Below, piece after piece: positions 14,601 through 64,000 of a stretch of DNA of 64,000 nucleotides. The DNA is from Tubiluchus corallicola (lineage: Eukaryota; Animalia; Priapulida), in the NCBI GenBank assembly GCA_030141605.1, contig JAQGDQ010000578.1, positions 62,001 to 126,000 on the forward strand, in the 5' to 3' direction. The notes under the pieces are model-generated. The model did no database searches. It saw only the letters and a program-made list of their open reading frames with translations, and was not told where the DNA came from. Position numbers and translations under genes: made by a program. How positions within the stretch are numbered: the first letter of the stretch is position 1; each line of letters starts with the position of its first letter.

Positions 14601-15219
14601 ATGAAGGTGCCAGAATGCAAGCCAACGAAAGGAAGGAAAAAATTAAAAAGGAGAAACAATAGAAAATATGAGAAGAAAGAAAGAAAAGAAAAAAGTTATA
14701 AAGAAAGAAAAGAGGGGAAGGAAAAGGTAAAAGAAAGAGGAAACAAGGAAGAAAAAGGAGGAAATTAAGGAAGAAAAAAAGAAGCGGTAAAATGAATCAA
14801 TTTTGTAGTAATCATACAAGAGGCTGAGACGTAACGAAATAATAGAATGAAGCACAGATACACTTATATAGGTAATGGCACGTTACCATGGTAACTGCCA
14901 AAAATATCAAGCCACTATGCAGGCGACGAAGAAACCTGTCCAATCGATTGGGCGTCACTGCGCATGCGTGCAAGGACAGTTGACAATCTAATAGACAGTG
15001 CTAATACATATTTTAGCTATATTAAAGAGACCACGTCAATAAAAGCACAGCTGTTGGTAATAGAACTTAAAAGAGGCATTCTAGTTTTATGGGTTTACGA
15101 GCGGCCATTGGATTTTTGCGCTGCGCTGGATTGACAGCGTGCGACTAATATTATAACTAACGGAAGTCAAGAAATTTCGTTTAAAACGTAGACTGAGATT
15201 CGGACAGTTCCTGTAGGGC

Positions 15220-15520
15220 TGACTGAATAACTTTTCTTGCATTAACTGCTCGTACAAATTAACTTACTTCTAGTAAAATGCTACTCTGTTCACGTACTAC
15301 TGCTTGACATGTCCAAAGCGTTCAATACAGAGAAAAGGAAGTCATTTGAGGATATGCTGAACAAAATTGAACGGCACATGACGAGTATACTGCAGCAGAA
15401 TCTATCCATGCAAGTAAGATGAACAATCAGCACAGAATTTTGCACAAACACTGGTGTTCCGCAGGGTGAATGTGTAGGCCCTGTTCTCTTCACATTTTAT
15501 ATCGCAACAGCCTCGAAGGA
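15220..15520 (+). mobile_element. Decayed non-LTR retrotransposon reverse transcriptase fragment
   Basis: VLLLDMSKAFNT ... * ... TNTGVPQGECVGPVLFTFYI matches the RT motifs DxSKAFD and GVPQG..LxPxLF..Y, with an in-frame stop. Confidence 0.8.
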
Positions 15521-16377
15521 AACAAATTACATGCCACCTGTATAACTCATGCTTACACAATTCTAGATCCAAATTCAATTCGACCGATTATTCACCAAGA
15601 GTATAATTATGCAATACTTGAGAGAACAAAATAAGTGATTAATCAAGAGACCTGTATGATCTAGGATAGTTTTTAACAATAGAAGTAATGTAAAGGGTGT
15701 CAGGAAATGATTGTCCCCTCCACTGTGCAGAAGAAATCAAAGTGAATAGATAAAATCCAACAAATCCAGAGCAAACAGCATTTATTTTTGAGCAAAGAAC
15801 ACATCTCAGTATATATAGTATTGTCGCCATTCGCAGTTCTGAGGGCCATAAACTGACAGGAGTGCGATTCGTGAAGGTTTTTCAAATGGAAACGGTGTCA
15901 TGTCATTTCATCAACAACTTCATTGATTTTTTTTATTTTTGGTAACAAGAAGTCGAAAGAATTTAAAAATAGATTAAATAAGAAATATACTAATGATTAA
16001 AATACTAAACAATTGTAATTCTTCTGATGTTGTTATAACAATAATAAATGTGAAAAAATGTGCTTACGTCTACTTGTGGTAACTTTTAAATGTAGAGGGG
16101 CCTGAATATTGAGCAATATCTGGGACTACAATACGTTATCTCACAATATTGTATTGATGGATAGAATAACGACACAATCCAACCTAAGAAAATGGCGCGC
16201 CAACTGAAAAGGCAAGAACTGATAGAATATCATTCAATTTTTCATTTCTTATCAAAAACTTCAATATTAATGTTGTTGAATTGTTGGAAACAAATTTTTA
16301 AAGTTTTTTTGTGGAATGCTTGCTCTGGGTGCCCATTTTTTTACTGTAGTTTTTTTTTCAAAAATGTTTCTCGAAAC

Positions 16378-16471
<94 letters not shown>
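16378..16471. repeat. (AAT)n microsatellite
   Basis: Directly visible. Confidence 0.97.
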
Positions 16472-16473
<2 letters not shown>

Positions 16474-17197
16474 CAATTTTTTCATAAACATAAAGAAAGA
16501 CACAAGTACAATAAACAATGCATATAGGAACAATGCATACTGCCTACAAATACGGGCCTGTATAAAATTCGTCGTCTCTGCTCTTTTACTGGTCCAACTC
16601 TATTTCATCTTTATTTTTGAATCTACTTCATGTAATTTGCCAATAAAGGTATCGTTTTTCTTACACATCATTCTGTTGTTTCGTGGATGGATGTCAGAAG
16701 AGTTATAGACTGCTTAACCTCTCCGCATGTGTTGGTACCGAACCAACCTGGGTAGTTACAGCCCTTTTTTCCCAGGTACCGCCGGTAGTTCACTACCTTA
16801 ATTTGTTTAAAAATATAAACTGGTCATTATCGCACATGGATGGGAATTCTGGGAAAATACTTATATTTAAAAGGACAGGCGCCAAAACTGGTATTAATCA
16901 TCAAACTAAAACTACTTTTCTTGTATGAAGTTTTAGTGTCAGTAAACTATTATGTTCCTACAAACGCCCTCTGCATTTAATATTATTAATTATTGACTCG
17001 TGAAAACGTAAAACATTTTCGAACTGGTGAAATACATTAATAATTTACTGAATACAAAAGCAAAACTTGACTATGGTTTTCAATGGAATCTACTCTATTC
17101 AATTGTAGAACCCAACACTCTAGAGAGAAGTCTTGAAAACAACAAAACATTCTAGAAAAAAACAATTTCAACTTGAACTCTTGATTAATTTCAAACT

Positions 17198-17339
17198 AGG
17201 GAGGGGGAGAGAGAAATAGAGAGAGACTGGGAAAGGGAGACAAAGAAAGGGAGAGGGAGAAAGACGGGGTGCGAAAAGGGAGGGAGGAAAGCTTAGAAAG
17301 GGGGAGAAAGAGAGAAATGAAGGGAGAGAGAGAAAGAAA

Positions 17340-17372
<33 letters not shown>

Positions 17373-17432
17373 GAGAGAGAGAAATAGAGAGACTGGGAAA
17401 GAGAGATAAAGAAAAAAAGAAAGAAAGAAAAA

Positions 17433-17520
<88 letters not shown>

Positions 17521-17522
17521 GG
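17198..17522. repeat. Purine tract with (GA)n and (GAAA)n
   Basis: Directly visible. Confidence 0.95.
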
Positions 17523-18954
17523 GTGAAAGACGGAGTATGAAAAGGGAAGGAGGAGAGCGAAACTGCGAAAATTACTTATCTTATAACACTCTTGATATCT
17601 AGATTTCTGAAACATTGTGTAGTTAGAGTTGATGAGAGGGGAATTCTCTGGGGAAAAAAACTTTAAATTATTCAGCGTTTGTTTCTCTACATTTCTGCGA
17701 TAATGGTTTTCTAAAGACTGTAATTGAATGAGGATGTTGTTTTATCTGCAAATCCTATTAAGCAACGTGTCTCGTTACAATATTTACTGAACAGATAAGA
17801 TGAATAACAGATAACAACAATAATACTGCAGTACAAGTTCGACACACTTTTTCAACTACCATCGGTGAACTTAAAACTGAAAACGAATATATTTTTACTT
17901 ACCTGAGACATGAATCGACAAAGCTTACAAATAGCGTTTTTATACTCTTCTGGGATAAATACGTCTCTGTTTGCTTAGAAAAGAAATTTGCGTCCTTCAA
18001 ACGTGCAACCTTGGCCGAATTTTTGTTCAAAACAATGTGAGACCTCTAGTCAAAGTCCCGATTAAAGGCGGCAAATTTCTTCAGGCAGTCACCGGCCCAG
18101 GCAGTTTATGTGTAGCGTTTATTGCAATCATAGACGTAAATTGTTCATCAGACGGCTAGCGGTTGTATCAGATGACACTAAAACGACCCGTTTACGAGCT
18201 CCAAAGAAGCCACGTTGCAGTACATCAGCAGGAAGAGACAGAGATTACAGACGCACAATTCACCATCCAGCAAGGAACTCTCGAAGACTGAGATTCACAG
18301 AGTTTCGTGAAGTTAACACATTGTCAGCAGAGAGCGATGCAACGACGATCTCATCTGTTCAACATGGCGTAACCACACTGCACACAGCAGCCTCTGCTGT
18401 TGCCCGTAGCAACTAGATGGCTTCATCTTCAATTCTGATCACGGGTGAATATTGTCAGATATATTTACTGTAGCACGTATAGGTCGAGTTATATTAACAA
18501 TTACAGTAACTAACAGGGTGATTACTTTTCATTAGAAAGCCAACGCTTACAAGAGTTCTGTGAATGATAACAGGCCAGGAAGCCTTGTTAGTCACATTTG
18601 TACACTCTAGTCTATTACAAAGTTATTCCCTAATCAGCATCAGCTGCTGCGTCGGCTTAGTAATTATAACTAATAAATGAAGTGGAAATAAATTGCTGAT
18701 ACTTTTACAATGTAAAACGTGTGAAAGTTTTACGATGTTATTGATGGTTATTAATAGTCACGTGACATCATTAACATCATTTACTTTCGAACACACGTGT
18801 ACAGTTAAGTTACTGGAATTGATAGTAGTCTAATTCTAATTAGAATTAGTAATTCCAAGTTAATAGTAGACTAGTAGTAAAAGTAAAAATAAATATTAAA
18901 GTAAAACTATTACTTTAATACTAATACAAAGTATAAATATTATAGTAAACATTG

Positions 18955-19146
<192 letters not shown>

Positions 19147-19689
19147 GGAAAATTCTAAGCGGATGAGCGACTTACAAATCGTGGAGATGCACAGATGACG
19201 TATGGGCGAAAAATCTCATCGCACTGATTAAACTCAGAGCTTTTAAGAATCACCTTATGACAGATCTAACAGAACTAAATGTTTTGTCAATACTGTCGCG
19301 CTACTAATGTGGCTTAACGTCTGAATCAGACAAGAAGGCGAATGAAATCCTCTCTTATAACTGTCAAAGACAATTTGTTTAAAATCTAACAATGTTTTAT
19401 TACCAAGCATTTCTAATTTTATTTTGTGGGTCACGTGTAGCACAGAAACTGTATGAAAAGCTGTCTACAGTGAACTTGATGAACTTTTCACTTTTCGTAC
19501 AAATATATGTAAAAACGTCTTCATCTTTAACGTTATTTGGTGGTATCCCACTTATTTGGTGGGACCACAAGTACAGGGTGATGCAAAATTGGCGACCAGT
19601 AGTACTGGATGACGCTCAATTGGCGACCACAAGTACAGGGTGATGCTTAACCTTTAGCTAAGGATGGTGACGATAAATCTTTATTTGAA

Positions 19690-20150
19690 CAATATATTCA
19701 TATATATATATATATATATGCAAGGCGTCTATTTGCAGGCCGATAATTTTGCACTGTATCATGATATAACAGTACATACACAACACGGTCAATTATAATT
19801 ACGTTCTTAATACATGTACCACAAACTTGCTTATAAAACGTTTTAGCAATAATAATTAAGGTCCATAATAACAGAATTCATTCACTGGGATTATTTAGAT
19901 TACAATTTACGATAAAACCAGGATTAATTTTGCCTGAATTATACATACATGTATATAAATATATACATAGGTGTGAATGAGCTAAAATTTATATCGTATT
20001 ATACATTTAGCTCTTTTACATCCCTTTACAAACTGATAAGAGAAAACCGTCTCTCGCAAAGTTAACTAGAACTTTATTTAATGCTTCTGCTTTTTTTTTA
20101 AAATACACTGGTTAACTTTTCCCCTGCAGGGTTTCTCATGGGTGATTTTG
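19690..20150 (+). repeat. Dispersed repeat family E
   Basis: Reverse-complement similarity to ~42570-43120. Confidence 0.7.
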
Positions 20151-20523
20151 CTAGGAAGTAGAAAAACGACCAGTACAGGACAATTTGTTTCAATAAAGTA
20201 CTGCTGAAACAACGGAGAATCTTATCATGAATATTTTGTGAAACGCTTACAAAGTTTACTCGTTTAATTTGCATTGAAACAACAGATGATGAGGCAAACC
20301 CCACGACATCTGCTGTTTTAATGTAAATTCCTAAGTCGTATTAAACCAGAAAACTTTGTACTTGTTTTACAGCACCAAGATGTCAACTATATGTTAACTT
20401 GATAATCGTGATAATCTGATTTTTATTAACTTTCCTAACATTTTGTTAGATAATTTTATTTTGTCACTAACCTAACAGGATTAATTAATTTTCGAAAATT
20501 GCTATCAATGTCGGTTAGGAAGG

Positions 20524-21027
<504 letters not shown>

Positions 21028-21163
21028 GATTCAAAATTTGGTGTGAAAGTCTCAGGCATCTCGCTCAGCCTGCAGTTCTGAGGTGTACGATTAGAGGATC
21101 GACCTGAAATTCTGGGATGAATTTTTTTGATTAAACAGAAGGTGAGGTGAGATGATCCATGAA

Positions 21164-22422
21164 CATCGCCAGTGCTGGGAAGTGCAGTACCAATTAGAGT
21201 ATTGTTAGTGGAGCCATCTACCGCACAAAAGTTGAACATTGATGTTTTATGTTTCATGTACGCCAGCCTTAGCCAAAAAGTGTTAAGAGCTTGAGGCTCC
21301 AACATTAGCCACAATGATATACTAAAAATCATTTCAAAGTCAATGGTTTTTGCAATGTCATTTTCTACAGTTAGCATCGCCAAATTATCAAGCCTCTCTT
21401 GTAAAATTCTTGACCGTAGGTGTCGTTTAGTCTGTGTTGAAGGTTTTAATATCGTCCACAAATTAGTAAAATTAAAATTCAAAGACGATCTAACTAATAA
21501 TAAGTGGTTTCAAGAAACGAAAAAACTTGAAATTTACTTTTAAGATTTTATTTTGAAATGTCTACATAAACAGTGAAGTAGTGTCATGTTGAAAAGCAGA
21601 AAACCAAGTGACCAAAAACTACAGGTGAAATCATTTAGGTGTGAAAACAGGTTTAGAGATTATGCATTCATAAAGACTGTAGAAGCCAATGAAAATTTAA
21701 ACAGTAAAGACAAAGATTTAACGATTTTAACAAGAACACCTGAAGGTGGCAGCACTATCCAAGACTCAAAAAAGCATGATACAATACAACATAAATTTAA
21801 ATTTAGAGTAATTAAAATGATTTTCTTCTGTCCAATAAGGTTACTTTTTTAACAGGTAAATGATGACGATAAATTGAAATTACAAAACACATAATTGATC
21901 AGCAAAAAACACAAGTAAACATGGATATACGAGGATGATTTCACTGCCTTCACAATTAAAAAGAAACTAGACAATTTAAGTGAGGTTAACTATGAAACTT
22001 CTAGTATTAACTGATCACACCAGACTGACAATGCAACTATCTAATCTCAAGCATGCCTATCTGCCACTGCTGCTCATGATGTGCTGTCTTTCAAATCTAA
22101 AGTGATATTTGCATCTAGAGTCCATTTTACAGTACAGCCAACCTCTTTATATTGCCTACTTTAGGATTGCAAAAAAGTTGGATAGAGTTTGGCATTATAA
22201 CGAGTACATTAATGCATACATATCTGTGCAAATATGGACATTTTGTTTTGCCAAACATGTAGGCATAAGGGGAGGGGTTTTTATAACAAGATTTGACTGT
22301 ATATCTACATACATCAACAGTTGACCATCAAGGCGTCCTCTACTTGAGCATGTGAGCGGGGCCCCTCTTGACACGGGGCAGAATTTGAACAAATCTGTCT
22401 AATTGGCTTAAAACCGGCCCTA
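21164..22422 (-). mobile_element. Decayed hAT transposon with a remnant hATC dimerisation domain
   Basis: KRHLRSRILQERLDNLAMLTVENDIAKTIDFE (~21330-21430) resembles a ZMYM1-type hAT transposase C-terminus. Terminus TAGGGCCGGTTTTAAGCC; both ends are shared with the MITE at 54490-54968. Confidence 0.75.
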
Positions 22423-22475
22423 CATTGATCACTGCTCAAAAGACAAGCTACCGAGACATCTGCAAGACGTGTTAG

Positions 22476-23731
22476 AGGATCCAGAGTTGTTGCTCTGGTA
22501 ACTCTTCAAGATAGCAGACTATGAGAGACACATTCCAGGATCTTGAGGATCCAGAGTTGTTGCTCTGGTAACTCTTCAAGATAGCAGACTATGAGAGACA
22601 CATTCCAGGATCTTGAGGATCCAGAGTTGTTGCTCTGGTAACTCTTCAAGATTGCAGACTATGAGAGACACATTCCAGGATCTTGAGGATCCAGAGTTGT
22701 TGCTCTGGTAACTCTTCAAGATTGCAGACTATGAGAGACACATTCCAGGATCTTGAGGATCCAGAGTTGTTGCTCTGGGTAACTCTTCAAGATAGCAGAC
22801 TATGAGAGACACATCCCAGGACCTTGAGGATCCAGAGTTGTTCCTCTGGTAACTCTTCAAGATAGCAGACTATGAGAGACACATTCCAGGATCTTGAGGA
22901 TCCGGAGTTGTTGCTCTGGTAACTCTTCAAGACAGCAGACTATGAGAGACACATTCCAGGATCTTGAGGATCCGGAGTTGTTGCTCTGGTATCTCTTCAT
23001 GATAGCAGACTATGAGAGACACATTCCAGGATCTTGAGGATCCAGAGTTGTTGCTCTGGTAACTCTTCAAGATTGCAGACTATGAGAGACACATCCCAGG
23101 ATCTTGAGGATCCAGAGTTGTTGCTCTGGGTAACTCTTCAAGATTGCAGACTATGAGAGACACATCCCAGGATCTTGAGGATCCAGAGTTGTTGCTCTGG
23201 GTAACTCTTCAAGATAGCAGACTATGAGAGACACATCCCAGGATCTTGAGGATCCAGAGTTGTTCCTCTGGTAACTCTTCAAGATAGCAGACTATAAGAG
23301 ACACATCCCAGGATCTTGAGGATCCAGAGTTGTTCCTCTGGTAACTCTTCAAGATAGCAGACTATGAGAGACACATTCCAGGATCTTGAGGATCCAGAGT
23401 TGTTGCTCTGGGTAACTCTTCAAGATTGCAGACTATGAGAGACACATTCCAGGATCTTGAGGATCCAGAGTTGTTGCTCTGGTAACTCTTCAAGATTGCA
23501 GACTATAAGAGACACATCCCAGGATCTTGAGGATCCAGACTTGTTCCTCTGGTAACTCTTCAAGATTGCAGACTATGAGAGACACATTCCAGGATCTTGA
23601 GGATCCAGAGTTGTTGCTCTGGGTAACTCTTCAAGATTGCAGACTATGAAAGACACATCCCAGGACCTTGAGGATCCGGAGTTGTTGCTCTGGTATCTCT
23701 TCAAGATTGCAGACTATGAGAGACACATCCC
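22476..23731. repeat. 70-bp tandem array, ~18 copies, each with an internal hairpin
   Basis: Unit GAGGATCCAGAGTTGTTGCTCTGGTAACTCTTCAAGATAGCAGACTATGAGAGACACATTCCAGGATCTT; ACTCTTCAAG recurs at 22501, 22571, 22641, 22711. Confidence 0.95.
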
Positions 23732-23884
23732 ACGGTTTCGCACTAAATTTTGAAAATATAATAATTTCGCTATTACCTTAGCAATAAATTGACGTAATCT
23801 ATTGTTCTGTACTATTATTCGTTGTCCCCCCCCCCCCCATAAATAAGCCTGGCTTGAAAATAAGATACGGCTCTTCTGAGATTT

Positions 23885-24085
23885 GCCGTTGTCATAACCG
23901 TAAGAGAAGAAGTCAAAATGCCAATAAATCTCAAAAATTCTGTATTTTTTCAGGAGCTTTGAGCGCTCTTGTGTCTTTTTGTGCAGCAGATGAAGTCTGT
24001 GAGGACAGAAGCTCGTGAGAAAAATAAGAATTTTCGAGATTTATGAGGCGTTTTGACTTCTTCTTTTACGATTATGAACAACCCT
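23885..24085. mobile_element. Palindromic MITE-like inverted repeat
   Basis: ~85-bp imperfect arms (GAAGAAGTCAAAA.GCC..TAAATCTC.AAAATTCT and reverse complement) around a short spacer. Confidence 0.7.
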
Positions 24086-25098
24086 AATTTAAATAAACAT
24101 GTTTATACAATAAACAACTCTATAAACATCGCGAGCAATAAGTAAGAGTTTATTCAACAAAATAGTAAATATTTGTATGAAATTATGCAAGATTTATTAG
24201 CATGCATTTTTTTATTATAAGTCTTTTTATTAAACAATAAGTACATTGTTTCCCCTCTATTTGCAGGCGTTCGTTTTCAAAATATAGCTATTTACGATAA
24301 CAATATTATACATAATGCCAATTTTGTACATACATACTCTACTAGTAGTGTTTCAGTTTGCCAACTTTTACATAACTTTTACATATATACATCAAAACCA
24401 CAATTTTAACTTTCACAACACCTGTAAAGAATAAATTTAACATATATACATATTTTACACTATAATTTATATAACGATTTCATTTTAACGCAGTACATGT
24501 TTTTCTGTAAATATAATTTGAATTAATTTATAAAAAAAAATTCCGCACAACATCTCTAACAATATTTAAATATGCTTGGCATACATCTTTATCTCTTTTT
24601 AGATAAATCTCGCTTATGTTGGCTGAGGGCAGAACTTGTCTTAAATTTATTCGAAATCTGTGGTCTACCAAATCAACTACCATTAGCATACAACTATCAT
24701 AATAACAAAAATTAAAGATTAAAAAAATCGTACGTACAAACTACTGAATGACACGCTTATGGTAAACGTGTATAAATGTGCAACTTGGCTGCTTTAATTC
24801 ATTAAAAAGAAATGTGCAACTCAGATGGCATAACTGTAAGTTTGTTAAACCAGTACAGTACCAGGTATGGTGACAATAATGTACATTGCTTACAGGAATA
24901 ACCTGTCAAAAAGCAAAAGCAGGTGACATCTTGCAGTATCGGCTTAAATACAAGCATCAGTTACTTGGGACGACAGACAAACTTTTGCCTATGTTTTGGA
25001 GTTGAGTAATCTCATGGGTACCATATGTGTATGCACACAAAACTGTAAAAGACATAACACATATTCCGTTGAGTAACCGCCTTTGTTATTATTCCAAA

Positions 25099-25104
25099 TT
25101 TATT
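25099..25104 (-). terminator. Candidate polyadenylation signal (AATAAA) of the RNF14-like gene
   Basis: AATAAA on the minus strand ~215 nt after the stop; further candidates lie near 24646 and 24210. Confidence 0.35.
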
Positions 25105-25317
25105 TAAAATTAAGAAATAAAGTGTCGGAGCAATTATTACAAAAAAAACAAAGATTTACTGGTATATAGTCTTACTCGTGATACAGTTTTTGTGAGATTA
25201 GATTACTCTGTGCAAGCAAGTTTCGTGAAGTTCACTTGCTAAAATGTCGGTTTTAGTAAAGCTCCGACCACAAAATTTGATCATTCACAGCTCCATGCGT
25301 CCTAGTTGCTTTTAGTG

Positions 25318-62012
<36,695 letters not shown>

Positions 62013-62139
62013 TTTCTTGATTTTTTCACACACAAAAAGTTAAACATAACGTTGTGCGAGCTCTTTTTAAAAACAATTTCCTCCTAAAAGCAACCAGAGT
62101 GGTCGTATATGTACGACTCAGTCGTAATGTAATGTACTA

Positions 62140-62185
62140 TGTTGCGCGCGCAGGCGTGACGTCACGTATTGCGCCACACGTGCAA
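62140..62185. promoter_or_regulatory. Putative promoter of the RNF14-like gene: CpG-rich patch with CRE palindrome and E-box
   Basis: GCGCGCGC, CGTGACGTCACG (62155-62166) and CACGTG lie ~150 bp upstream of the ATG. Confidence 0.45.
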
Positions 62186-63647
62186 AATCTTACCATGGGT
62201 AGCGTTTCTATTAATAGCTTTGGAATGCAGGTAATTCAGGTACATCGTTGCCAGTACACAGAACTAGATCTAATGCTAGCGATCAGATGTTTAGTTGCTA
62301 AGAGAAAATGGTTACTAATAAGGAAACTGATAAACCGTAAAATGTGTTTAATTATTAACAGCAATCGTCACAGCTCGGCTAGCTAACACAAGTAAATATC
62401 GCATAACCGTCATACGAAAACAAAAGCGCTTAGTAGGGCGAATTTTTGTTCTAGTGTCAATCGATTATCGATCTTTGCTTTCGAATATTTTATTTCTGTC
62501 GCTAAAAGAAAAAGAAATAAGAATTTTTATCTACACAGTAGAAATTTTCCAACACAAGATGGCAGTGCGATGCAATGCAGGCCGAGTACCTTGTAGTGCT
62601 TTATAATCGCAATGAATTATAGTGTTGCTTACATGTAAATTATAAATTATTAGCTAAAGGTGTAAATTACAAATGCTTAAAAATGTAAATGGCTACAATG
62701 TAAAAATGTTTTGGCGCATAGCTTAGTAGTTGTGCTTTGAATCAGAAAATAGCGTTTATTACGGATTTTTTACGAATTTACTTTTGTTACTGCATATATA
62801 TACGCGTATAAATTGAGCATTATAGAAATGTATTGTATATGTATATAATTTAATATATGTAAATAAATATTATAATATATGTAATTTTTTATTAATAATA
62901 CTATTATTTTGTAAATAATGCATTGCATACCTCTAAAATATATCCATGGTGTGGTTAAAATTTGTAAAAGCTGAAATTTGTAATAATTCAACAACATGTG
63001 ATAACTGAAACACCTAATGAGCAAATATCAAAAATGCATTAATATAAATTTTCCATCAAAACGTATAATTATATCATTTATTATTGAATGTCTATCGTAC
63101 AACAAATACAGACTCATTCACAATTAAAATAGGCGAAAAGATATAAAAAAATAATATATAATTTATATATAAAAAGATAACTAAAACTAGCAAAAACTAT
63201 AAACGTTTTAACAAGAGAGTTAATTTTTAGCTAAATAATTTGAAACACATTAATATTAAAAGTGGAGATTTCTAGACAAATGTAAAATTAATTGTACTAC
63301 CATGAAGCTTTTCTGCACATTTTGCTTCATATAAGCTTTGAATCACAGTAATTGATTCGTATTGGTTATTTTGCTCACTGTTCAGAAAGTTACAATAGTT
63401 ACCAGTTACGAATTTTTAGTTAAGTTACCAATTATTAAATCATATTAACATCTTAAGTTTCACACAATCTTCCAAAACTAGTCATAGTAGCCAGTAATAA
63501 TAATAATTTACAATATACTTGATTAAAACATTTCCTGACTGTAACAATCTTCTTGCCAAATTAATTTTTGTCTGTTCCCAAAATACGTGAAACGGAAAAG
63601 CGTTAACCCAAAGTACTGTAGTATTTGCATATTGTATTGCTCGCGGA

Positions 63648-64000
<353 letters not shown>

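Noticed and set aside
22482-22495. Iron-responsive element (CAGAGT) in the 70-bp unit
   Set aside because: CAGAGT lies in the stem rather than in a hexaloop, and its flanks do not form the IRE 5-bp stem with a C bulge.
22476-23731. CRISPR array
   Set aside because: Eukaryotic context, no unique spacers and no cas genes; the entire 70-bp unit repeats.

Overview
AT-rich, repeat-dense eukaryotic (most likely invertebrate animal) genomic DNA; not prokaryotic, and no CRISPR array, rRNA or intact tRNA is visible. I reconstructed by hand one complete spliced gene on the minus strand: a 14-coding-exon, ~551-aa RNF14/ARA54-like RWD-RBR E3 ubiquitin ligase (ATG at 62012, TGA ending at 25318). All its introns are GT-AG and phase-consistent, and it carries an extra C-terminal pseudo-RING2 zinc finger. 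Nested antisense in its intron 4 is an intronless, internally deleted but still open ABCG2-like ORF (39300-40280). The rest is a dense mosaic of non-autonomous DNA transposons (hAT-, piggyBac-, Kolobok-, pogo- and Harbinger-like), decayed LINE fragments, a possible Penelope-type hammerhead remnant, minisatellites and microsatellites. Most ORFs in the supplied track are simple-repeat artefacts. The best leads are the frame-preserving mini-ABCG2, the fourth zinc finger, an ~18-copy 70-bp hairpin array, minisatellites built from the gene's own splice sites, a DR1-motif array in intron 1, and nested inverted repeat pairs around the exons. Family assignments rest on motif recognition only, with no database searches.
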